IMG/VR virus record: IMGVR_UViG_3300032242_002100
Span: 1-45,140 of that record
Length of the DNA stretch: 45,140 nt
Direction: 5' to 3' (one strand)
Origin: a virus
Taxonomy: Duplodnaviria; Caudoviricetes
The notes below the pieces were generated by a model. The model saw nothing but the letters and a program-made list of their open reading frames with translations. It searched no databases and was not told the DNA's origin. The position numbers and the translations under genes were made by a program. Shown here piece after piece: positions 1-7,566 of the stretch (position 1 is the first letter of the stretch; each line of letters starts with the position of its first letter).

Positions 1-471
1 AACGCCACTTGTATCAGAACGATAAACAACGCCCATGCCCGATGGATTTGTGGCCGTAGGATCGCCCTGCTCCCAGAACAGGCCGTTGCCGTCATCAAAG
101 AAGCCGACGCGCTGACGCTGGTTTGCGTATGGCGTACCGAACACAAATCCGGACGACATGTACATCGTCTTGCCCGGCTGATAGCGGATGTAAGGGCGCG
201 TTTGACGGATCGCGATATCACCAGATGCCGATGTGACGGACATCTGAATGCCACCAAGAGCCGAAACCTGAGAAATTGTCGCGCCGCCGACAATATACTG
301 CTCCCAACGCATTGGCTGGGCACTGTACTCAAAGTCAGCTTCAAAAAGGTTCTGGCTCTCAGATACCTTGAGCTTGCCGACGTTATCGCGCAAACGCTGC
401 GGCGCAATCGTAAGCGCGGAAGGGTCGTTTGAAGAATTTGATGATCCGGTAATAAGCGTCAAGCCTGACAT
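1..471 (-). CDS. Virion structural protein, YQPGK family (3'-truncated by the window edge)
   Basis: Not in the ORF track. Hand translation from ATG 471 (MSGLTLITGSS...RQTRPYIRYQPGKTMY...QRVGFFDDGNGLFWEQ) stays open to base 1. Paralogous to 44120-45140. Confidence 0.75.
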   Translation of the reverse strand, partial: MSGLTLITGSSNSSNDPSALTIAPQRLRDNVGKLKVSESQNLFEADFEYSAQPMRWEQYIVGGATISQVSALGGIQMSVTSASGDIAIRQTRPYIRYQPGKTMYMSSGFVFGTPYANQRQRVGFFDDGNGLFWEQGDPTATNPSGMGVVYRSDTSGV

Positions 472-481
472 GTTCTAATCC

Positions 482-1111
482 TTAGTATGGCGCTACGCCG
501 AATTGCGTGAAGGTTGCTGTTACAGAACCAGTTCCGCTCGTAAGGGTCACCTTAGCGAAAGCAGGGGAATATTGATAGCTGCTCTGAACCGACGTCGTCG
601 CATTAACAGCCGCCGAATCACTCGAATTAAGCCATGTCACGCTGTAAGATTGAACAGGGTTTGTCGCGCTGTTTGGATCCTGCAGTGTCTGCTGAATAGT
701 GTATGTTGCGGTTCCGGAAACGGTGCATTGAATTGCCGTTTGAGACAATGCGTACTCATCAAAACGAACCCACGGGCTCGATGCAATAGTGTTCGTTCCA
801 ACAGTAATGCCGCCAATTGCGATATTATTTTTTGACGTGATCGACGTAACTGTTGCGAAATCAAGATTTGTATACACAGATGTTGCGTTTGCGCCGTTCA
901 AAACCTCTGTTTGAGGCATACCGCTTGCATTTGTGCCAACTATTGTGAAGACGTTAGCCGATTCATTGCCAACTGGCGTTATCAAAACACGGCGCGGAGT
1001 ATCAAGTGTTCCATTGCTGATTGTAACAGTTGTTACACCTGCTGCCGCAGAGCCAATTCCGCTTGCATTTGCTGTCGCCAAAGGGCCAACCGTAACTGTA
1101 ATTGGACGCAT
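482..1111 (-). CDS. Virion structural protein (T/S/V-rich, beta-rich)
   Basis: 209 aa, co-oriented in the structural operon; shares a G-x-D/N-x-x-G...E...F-x-x-V-x-S segment with 1997-3274. Confidence 0.7.
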   Translation of the reverse strand: MRPITVTVGPLATANASGIGSAAAGVTTVTISNGTLDTPRRVLITPVGNESANVFTIVGTNASGMPQTEVLNGANATSVYTNLDFATVTSITSKNNIAIGGITVGTNTIASSPWVRFDEYALSQTAIQCTVSGTATYTIQQTLQDPNSATNPVQSYSVTWLNSSDSAAVNATTSVQSSYQYSPAFAKVTLTSGTGSVTATFTQFGVAPY

Positions 1112-1112
1112 T

Positions 1113-1277
1113 TTATTTGCCCTTCTTCCGAGCCATTGCGGCGTTGTCTATAAGGTTTGGATATGGCCGACCCGCCGCACGTGCGTGGGCTTTAGCCTGC
1201 TGCACTTTTTTGTGCGACAAATGTTTTGTATGATGATCTTTAGGAAGTTTGCTTTCCCAGAATGGCTTATCAGACAT
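1113..1277 (-). CDS. Small basic phage protein (54 aa, AGRPYPNLIDN motif)
   Basis: Below the ORF-track cutoff. MSDKPFWESK...ARAAGRPYPNLIDNAAMARKKGK; TGATG overlap with the upstream gene; fills the gap exactly. Confidence 0.75.
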   Translation of the reverse strand: MSDKPFWESKLPKDHHTKHLSHKKVQQAKAHARAAGRPYPNLIDNAAMARKKGK

Positions 1278-1519
1278 CAGCAACCCCATTTGCGAAGTGA
1301 TTTGTTGATGCGACTATCTGGATCTGCCGCCTTGGCAGAGCCAGTCATTTTGCGCTTCATCCCCGTCATTCGCTCGCAAAATGATTTATGACGTGGGTTA
1401 TCAGAATCTTTTGTTGGTGCTTTTAAATTGTGACCTTCGGCGCGAGCCGATGCACGCCCTTTGGCGTTCAAACCACCTGAAGGAGCCTTACCTTCGGAGC
1501 GAGTCCAAGCTGCTGTCAT
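1277..1519 (-). CDS. Small basic phage protein, DUF6321-like
   Basis: GGLNAKGR...SFCERMTGM...DPDSRINKSLRKWGC pattern; GAGG SD. Confidence 0.7.
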   Translation of the reverse strand: MTAAWTRSEGKAPSGGLNAKGRASARAEGHNLKAPTKDSDNPRHKSFCERMTGMKRKMTGSAKAADPDSRINKSLRKWGC

Positions 1520-1536
1520 GTTAAAAACCTCTTAGT

Positions 1537-1560
1537 AAAACGGGGGCATTACGCCCCCGC
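1537..1560 (-). terminator. Rho-independent terminator
   Basis: GCGGGGGCG-TAA-TGCCCCCGT followed by TTT on the minus strand, after 1592-1984. Confidence 0.75.
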
Positions 1561-1591
1561 CATACTATCATAACTCACACGAAAGTGCGAA

Positions 1592-1984
1592 TTAACCCAT
1601 CGTTTCCGGTTCAAGTTTGCGGCCCTTGGCAGCCGTGCCATGGCGTGCAGACGTAAATGGATTAACGTCAGAACCAGCGCGACCGCCCGACTTGCGAGGC
1701 TTGCGGCCAGCGTGGTGGTGAGCATGTTCACCGTGCATCGCAAGATGCTTGTGAGCAGCGCCACCGTGCTTACGCTTCGCACGACCACCGTGCTTGCGTT
1801 CGCCCATTTCTTCGGCTTCCGTTTCTGGATTGCCCTTGTTGTATTCCATAGGCTTGTCATGAAGATCCATTTCGGCTTCATTTACGCCTTTTTCTGGTGA
1901 CTCAGCCTTACCGCCGTGAGCATGGTGCTTGTGGTGCGCCTTACCCCCGTGGGCGTGGTGATGATGTGCCTTATGACCTTTCAT
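1592..1984 (-). CDS. His/Lys-rich low-complexity protein with five xxxGG repeats
   Basis: 130 aa; HAHGG x2, RKHGG x2, RKSGG; AGGAG SD. Confidence 0.75.
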   Translation of the reverse strand: MKGHKAHHHHAHGGKAHHKHHAHGGKAESPEKGVNEAEMDLHDKPMEYNKGNPETEAEEMGERKHGGRAKRKHGGAAHKHLAMHGEHAHHHAGRKPRKSGGRAGSDVNPFTSARHGTAAKGRKLEPETMG

Positions 1985-1996
1985 GGCCTAAGCTCC

Positions 1997-3274
1997 TTAA
2001 AAGTTCGTATACTGAGTATTGCCAAACAACCCAAGCACGGAGCTGATGTTGTAAGGCTGCGGGGATTGACGAACCACAAAACGCTTGCTGTTCGTTGTCG
2101 GGGCTTGGTTGACGCCGGAAGAACCGAAATCAATTGTGCCGCGAACGTCACCAGTCGTTGCAGTTGGATAAGTTTTATCCGCAGCAGTGAAACCAGTGGC
2201 GGCGGTGATCAAGGTCAAGGCGGTAAGCGAGTTACCAGCATTGACCAAAACTTCACCAAACGAGTCAGCACGAAGCGGGAGACCCAAAATCGTGCTTGTA
2301 CCAACAGAGTAAGAATAAGTCGTATCCGCCGAGCCGCCCGAAAGGACAACCGACTTAACGTACTTAAATGCCTTCTTACCCGTTACAGTGCTACCAGCCG
2401 TCAACGTGACCTGCTCAACCATTGGGTAGCCGTAAACATCATAACCCGAAGCCGTAGCTGTGGTGTATGTGCTTGAGGCATTTGAAGTCGTATAGGTCAA
2501 GCAGCGACCCATAATTGACTGCGGATTCCAAAGATTGATTGTGCCTGACTGACCCTGAGCAATACCGCCTGCAAGAATTGCGTTGGCTGTATTGTTCAAT
2601 GATGCAGTGATGGTGATTGGCGAGCCACTTGTACCAGCAGCAACGGCAGCACCGCTGACTGTGTAAGAACCAGTGAAACCAACACCAGGACCGCCGTTTG
2701 TCACGTTAACCGCAGGGCCGTAACCAGTGATTGTCGTGCCAGCCGCAATACCCGTTCCGCTGATGACCATCCCGATTGCCAACGGTGCATAAGATGCTGT
2801 TGAAACAATCAAGATATTACCAGCAGTACCCGACGTGCCGTTGGAAATATAACCAGACACCGAAGTGTATGTATCAATACCAACAAAACCAGACGTTCCA
2901 TTTGTATCAGCTACGCCAGTGTCCGCACGTGTAATCGACGTAATGATCGAAACACCCGTGGTCGTTGATGCAGAAGAAACAAGCGGCAACGTAAATGTTG
3001 CTGACGAAGAGCCGTTTGTCTGAGCGTTAACAATGGCAGTGGTTGATGCAGTGTAGGGAACTACGTTTAGGGTTGAAATATTATCAAAGCCCAAAAACGC
3101 ACCCGTAAATGCACCAAAGTTCTGTCCATTGAGGTATGTGTAGGGAGTACGGGGATCCAAGACCCCCGCGCCCGCATAAAAAGCCGATGTTCCCAGCTCT
3201 GGATTGTACTCATTTGGATTAAACGGCGACTGGCCGAATACCACTTGAGGACCGGAGAATGCTGTAATAGACAT
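1997..3274 (-). CDS. Virion structural / head decoration-like protein
   Basis: 425 aa, T/G/S-rich, directly downstream of the capsid gene; AGGAG SD; contains a GMVISGTGIAAGTTIT module. Confidence 0.7.
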   Translation of the reverse strand: MSITAFSGPQVVFGQSPFNPNEYNPELGTSAFYAGAGVLDPRTPYTYLNGQNFGAFTGAFLGFDNISTLNVVPYTASTTAIVNAQTNGSSSATFTLPLVSSASTTTGVSIITSITRADTGVADTNGTSGFVGIDTYTSVSGYISNGTSGTAGNILIVSTASYAPLAIGMVISGTGIAAGTTITGYGPAVNVTNGGPGVGFTGSYTVSGAAVAAGTSGSPITITASLNNTANAILAGGIAQGQSGTINLWNPQSIMGRCLTYTTSNASSTYTTATASGYDVYGYPMVEQVTLTAGSTVTGKKAFKYVKSVVLSGGSADTTYSYSVGTSTILGLPLRADSFGEVLVNAGNSLTALTLITAATGFTAADKTYPTATTGDVRGTIDFGSSGVNQAPTTNSKRFVVRQSPQPYNISSVLGLFGNTQYTNF

Positions 3275-3292
3275 GATGCAGTCTCCTTTGGA

Positions 3293-4207
3293 TTACGAAG
3301 TCGGGAACGAGCCGTAGATTGAACGCCAGTTGTAGTAACCGAACGAATAACGCTCATAGCCCTTTACAAGAAGGTTATCCGTTACAAAATCGACTTGCAT
3401 GTCGGTTTCGAACTTCACACGTTCCATGTAGGAAAGGCCATCAATGTTCGTAAGCAGGAACCACGGATACGCAGAGGTCAAAAAGTCGTTGACCATGTAG
3501 CCTTCCGACAAGCCGCCTGCCGTCGTAAGAATTGCGTTCGTATCATTATCCGCAGTGCCTGGACGCAATTCAGTCTTAAGAAGACGAATAGCAACTGGTT
3601 CAAGCTGCGGAGGAATGATCAACTTGCGCGCACGGGCGAAAACCTTAAGGCCAGCCTGATCTTTAAAGTTCGTGCGGACTGCGATCATCGCATTCAGCAA
3701 CGTAGCTTCGTTAAGGTCAACCTGAGTTGAAGGTGTATTTGCTACAGTACCGCCATCAATCGGATGGGCAGTGGAGCAAAGAGCAACACCATCACCGCCA
3801 ACGGCAGCGTTGTATGTCTGCGCGTTGTTAAGGATAGATGCACCGTAAATTTCCTTGGTCTGCTGGAATGCTTCGATCAGACCGAGGTTCGACGGATGGA
3901 ACTGCGTCTTGTAGATGTTATCGTCAATGGCTTTACGAGTAATCGCGTAGCCAAGGCCGATTTCAACGTGTTCCTGATTGTAGACATAACGCTCACCAGC
4001 GCCGTTATCGAATGCTGTCTGACCGCCTTCCGACTTCAACTGCGCGAGGCCGAGGAAGCGAAGTTCAGCGGTACGTTCGAGAGCAAGTTTCGAATCGTGC
4101 TTAGTGAAGATTTTGTCGTACTGAGATGGGATCATCTCATACTTGCCTTCAATGCCACGGAGACCGGGCAGGAGAAGGTCTTTAATTGCTGAGAGATTAA
4201 CAGCCAT
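3293..4207 (-). CDS. Major capsid protein (Mu gpT-like family)
   Basis: 304 aa; LLPGL...AITRKAIDDN...GGDGVALCSTAHP...KLIIPP...ERYSFGYYNWR is typical of this capsid family; position in the head cluster; AGGAG SD. Confidence 0.9.
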   Translation of the reverse strand: MAVNLSAIKDLLLPGLRGIEGKYEMIPSQYDKIFTKHDSKLALERTAELRFLGLAQLKSEGGQTAFDNGAGERYVYNQEHVEIGLGYAITRKAIDDNIYKTQFHPSNLGLIEAFQQTKEIYGASILNNAQTYNAAVGGDGVALCSTAHPIDGGTVANTPSTQVDLNEATLLNAMIAVRTNFKDQAGLKVFARARKLIIPPQLEPVAIRLLKTELRPGTADNDTNAILTTAGGLSEGYMVNDFLTSAYPWFLLTNIDGLSYMERVKFETDMQVDFVTDNLLVKGYERYSFGYYNWRSIYGSFPTS

Positions 4208-4220
4208 AATACCTTACTCC

Positions 4221-5144
4221 TTAGATACCAGCAAAGCCACGTGGCATCGAATTATTGAAGCCAACGATGATTTTGTTGTACGCCGTGGTGGGGTCATTGC
4301 CGTTGATCGAAACAAGTGGGCTGGTCTGACCAGGCACATAGTTCGCAAGACCAATGATGCGGAAAGGCAAGAGCGAGTTAGCAGTGTAACCGCCTGGGCC
4401 GTTAGCCGAGAGCGTGTACTGGTCTGCAAAGTAGGTCGAAAGACCGTTTGCAGTATTACCGTTAGCTTCGCCAGTTGATGCGGAGTCGTTGTAGTTGAAC
4501 GAGATGTTCTGACCAACAGACGCGAGACCAACAGCAGATGCCGTTGTATTTGAGTTTGCAGTCTGAACAATGAACTGAGCATTTGGGTCAGTGATGACGT
4601 AAGCCGTCACGTCGCCGTTTGCGTCAGAACCAGGCCAATAGTTTGAGAAAACAGTACGTTTCTGAGCTGTTGAAAGGTACTTGCAGCCGACGAACACGCC
4701 AGCGACTGGCGTAAACACCGTTGCTGTGCCGAACGTCAATGTGCTGGAGAATGCGCCAGGCACGTTGAACGTGATTGTTGTCGTGGACGATGCAGTGATC
4801 TGATACGTGCCGTTAAAGCCACCGCCCGTTGCAAAGCTCGTGCCCGTGAAGGCAACATACGAACCGACAGCAGGAGCAGCCGAAAGAGCCGTAAATGTAG
4901 CAACTGCAACACCGGCTGTTACAACGATGCCGCTGACGGCAAGCGTAGTAAGACCGGAAGAAGAAGCCTGCGCGATATAGCCAGTGCCAATACCCGTTGT
5001 ATTGGTTGCCTGAACTACGGGATCGCCAAAGAAGATTGGAGTTATATTACCAGAAGCAATAGCAAGCTGGGTCTGCTCATAAGAAGGAGTAGCGCCCGTA
5101 CCCTGATATTGCTGGAAACCGTTGGGCGCGAAAGTATTCGCCAT
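4221..5144 (-). CDS. Capsid-associated (cement/decoration) protein with an inserted beta module
   Basis: MANTFAPNGF start with GGGAG SD; sits immediately upstream of the capsid gene. Confidence 0.7.
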   Translation of the reverse strand: MANTFAPNGFQQYQGTGATPSYEQTQLAIASGNITPIFFGDPVVQATNTTGIGTGYIAQASSSGLTTLAVSGIVVTAGVAVATFTALSAAPAVGSYVAFTGTSFATGGGFNGTYQITASSTTTITFNVPGAFSSTLTFGTATVFTPVAGVFVGCKYLSTAQKRTVFSNYWPGSDANGDVTAYVITDPNAQFIVQTANSNTTASAVGLASVGQNISFNYNDSASTGEANGNTANGLSTYFADQYTLSANGPGGYTANSLLPFRIIGLANYVPGQTSPLVSINGNDPTTAYNKIIVGFNNSMPRGFAGI

Positions 5145-5244
5145 AGCGGTATCTCCCATTCAAGGAAGTCTCCGTCACAGCACACCGAGGCCATTAGGTG
5201 ACAAGAAAATAAAGTTAAGTTCCCGCACCGGGGGGAACACTTGC

Positions 5245-5273
5245 AATATAATGGCACAATACTTGTATGTAAA
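5245..5273 (-). promoter_or_regulatory. Sigma70-like promoter for the capsid operon
   Basis: TTTACA-17 bp-TATATT on the minus strand, directly after a terminator. Confidence 0.6.
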
Positions 5274-5293
5274 GAGGGGGCCGAAGCCCCCTC
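5271..5293 (-). terminator. Rho-independent terminator
   Basis: GAGGGGGC-TTCG-GCCCCCTC followed by TTT. Confidence 0.75.
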
Positions 5294-5299
5294 AATTTA

Positions 5300-5920
5300 T
5301 CATTCATCAGGTATCATCATGGGCTCATAGCCCTTGCTGATCTTTGGCCTGACACGAGAATCCTCGCGGCCCAAAAGACCTTTCGCGGAATCAATTTGCG
5401 CTTCTTTCTGACGAACAGCGTCGCGTGCCTTCTTGGCTTCAATTGCTTTGTATTTGTCCGTAATCACTTGCGGACGTTCCATCAAAATCATGCCCTTACG
5501 CTCAATGGTGTTGTAGTGACCTTCTGGCATAAGTTGGCGATGACGGGATGCCGGAACCGGCTCCCAACCTGTTGAAAGAAGCGAAAGCTGATATGATGGG
5601 TCTTCCTGACCCGCAATCGTTTTACGCTTCCATTCGTATGACCAACCTTCAGGAATAATCTTCGGGTCAATGTAGAAGTCGTCAGTGCCGCCATCAAACT
5701 CGCCAATGTGACCCTGAATTTCCGCAGCGCGTCGAGCAGCTCTCGCCAGGGGGCTTTCTTCGCGTAGGTCGGGACGGGCAGACTGACGAACCGGAGTCGG
5801 TTCTGGAAATTCATTAAAGGTTTCTTTAATTTCAGAAGGCTCATTAAAGTTATCTTTAACAGCTTTCAGAAGTGTTGACTTACGACGACCGCGCGTCGGT
5901 TTTGTTGCTGCATTTTCCAT
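5300..5920 (-). CDS. Conserved head-cluster protein
   Basis: 206 aa; PEGWSYEW...GWEPV...GMILMERP pattern; lies between the scaffold and capsid genes. Confidence 0.7.
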   Translation of the reverse strand: MENAATKPTRGRRKSTLLKAVKDNFNEPSEIKETFNEFPEPTPVRQSARPDLREESPLARAARRAAEIQGHIGEFDGGTDDFYIDPKIIPEGWSYEWKRKTIAGQEDPSYQLSLLSTGWEPVPASRHRQLMPEGHYNTIERKGMILMERPQVITDKYKAIEAKKARDAVRQKEAQIDSAKGLLGREDSRVRPKISKGYEPMMIPDE

Positions 5921-5929
5921 TATAAATCC

Positions 5930-6838
5930 TTAAAGTTTTCCAGCCTTTTGCAAGGCAATTTTATTCAAAGCATATTCCTTATCGGTCATGCCCATCATGG
6001 ATGCCATTTCACGCTCGTCTGATGTCAATCGAACAACATTAGGGCGAGATCCGGTGCCATTACCGCTCCGTGTTACGGGTGCGGCAGGCGGCGCCTGACG
6101 GCGCTGCATTGGCTTGGCGGCTTCAGACATCGGGTCTTCTTCCGTCCGTGTCACAGCCTGTGTTTTATTCATGCCAAGACGATTTTCAATGTACTGAAAA
6201 TATTCTGGGCTGTCGGCAAGAACACCATCTTCCATAGCGTCGGCATGGGCACGCATTGCACGCTCAATTTTCCGTGGATCATTGAGTGACGCCTTGTTTT
6301 GGCGCAACCATTGAGCCGACTGAGGCGTAACACGGGACGCAAGTGACTCAACCAAATCAACCTGCTGCTGATATGCTGGCTGTTCGGCTTGTTTTGGCCG
6401 TTCCTGCATAGCCCTCTTGCCATTCTCAAGCTGTAACAACTTGGCGTGGTTTGAAGACATGTCGCTTTGGTATTCGGCAGCCTTATCATAGTCACCAGCC
6501 GACATGGCCTGACTATAATTCATCTTGAGAATGTCGTTATTACGCTTCACCGTCTCAATTGCGTTGGTAATCAGGTGAAGATTTGTACTATCGACTTCAT
6601 TTTTGGCTTGATTTGCCTGCTGATACGCCATTTGAGCGCGTCGTTCGGCTTCAAAACGTGCATTTTTTTCCGCCTCAAGCTTTAACTGCAATTCACGGAT
6701 GCCGTCTTCCGGAGAAAGTTCCGCTTCCGCAGGTTCTTCTCTCTTTTCAGGCGTTTTTACTTCAACAATTTCGATATCAGGCTCTTCTGTCTTAATCGGA
6801 TCGAGCTGAATTTCGATATTTTCATTTTCTTCTGTCAT
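5930..6838 (-). CDS. Putative capsid scaffolding protein
   Basis: 302 aa; acidic N-terminus, coiled-coil core, C-terminal VRLT-x-x-E...MGMT-x-x-EYA; GGAG SD. Confidence 0.7.
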   Translation of the reverse strand: MTEENENIEIQLDPIKTEEPDIEIVEVKTPEKREEPAEAELSPEDGIRELQLKLEAEKNARFEAERRAQMAYQQANQAKNEVDSTNLHLITNAIETVKRNNDILKMNYSQAMSAGDYDKAAEYQSDMSSNHAKLLQLENGKRAMQERPKQAEQPAYQQQVDLVESLASRVTPQSAQWLRQNKASLNDPRKIERAMRAHADAMEDGVLADSPEYFQYIENRLGMNKTQAVTRTEEDPMSEAAKPMQRRQAPPAAPVTRSGNGTGSRPNVVRLTSDEREMASMMGMTDKEYALNKIALQKAGKL

Positions 6839-6848
6839 TTATGTCTCC

Positions 6849-7256
6849 TTACCAGACTTTGTCAGGGTTTTCGATGCGGCCACGGATAACCGTATCGTCA
6901 AGAAGACGGCACAAAATGTCAGAATTGTCCTTCAAATTGTTAATTGTAATGCCCCAACCGTCAGACGGGCGGAACACAACCCAATCACCGACGTCAACAT
7001 TGATGCCATCAAACCATTGTTTTGAGTCATCAACAAACGCCGAATTGCCTTTCTTCAAGACAAGACCAACTTTGCCCTGCCATTTGTCCTCGTCACGTGT
7101 TTTTCCGCTAATGATCACGCCACCGGCGGTCATTTCTGGGCGGATGTAAATTGCAACGAGAAGTTGATTGTGGAAGATTTCGATTTCGGAAAGATCACCA
7201 ACGCTTGATAAAATTTCCTGCCGCGGATCTGCGGCATGTTTCATAATGTAAGCCAT
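6849..7256 (-). CDS. groES: Co-chaperonin GroES-like
   Basis: TAGGVII mobile loop, GLVLKKG, VDVGDWVVF, LLDD. Confidence 0.85.
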   Translation of the reverse strand: MAYIMKHAADPRQEILSSVGDLSEIEIFHNQLLVAIYIRPEMTAGGVIISGKTRDEDKWQGKVGLVLKKGNSAFVDDSKQWFDGINVDVGDWVVFRPSDGWGITINNLKDNSDILCRLLDDTVIRGRIENPDKVW

Positions 7257-7265
7257 ATTTCCCTC

Positions 7266-7466
7266 TTAAAGTGTGCGATCAGCGGTTTTGCGGGCCTCGT
7301 CACAGTATTCCAATACTGCTCGGAGTGCGGTCACAATGCCGTTGTAGTATTTGTAGTCATCAAAGTTTGGAATATAGCCAAAGGCCAATACGTTCTTCAC
7401 TTCTTCAATTTGTTCTTCAATTCGTTTACGTAATTCACGCTCGAATACATCGCTTGTCGTGAGCAT
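7266..7466 (-). CDS. Small conserved head-cluster protein
   Basis: 66 aa helical protein with a D-D-Y-K-x-x-x-G motif; AGAGGGA SD. Confidence 0.7.
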   Translation of the reverse strand: MLTTSDVFERELRKRIEEQIEEVKNVLAFGYIPNFDDYKYYNGIVTALRAVLEYCDEARKTADRTL

Positions 7467-7560
7467 ATTTCCCTCTTACCCCTCTCTAGAAAGTTGGTGT
7501 GACCGGCAGGAGAGAGGGATCACCCACCGGCCACATAGTCAGCGGGGCTTTCGCCCCGCC
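7467..7560 (-). promoter_or_regulatory. Structured intergenic RNA: GAAA hairpin plus anti-SD-loop hairpin / possible pseudoknot
   Basis: GGCGGGGC-GAAA-GCCCCGCT; 13-bp stem 7498-7535 with loop TGATCCCTCTCT. Confidence 0.55.
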
Positions 7561-7566
7561 GAATCT

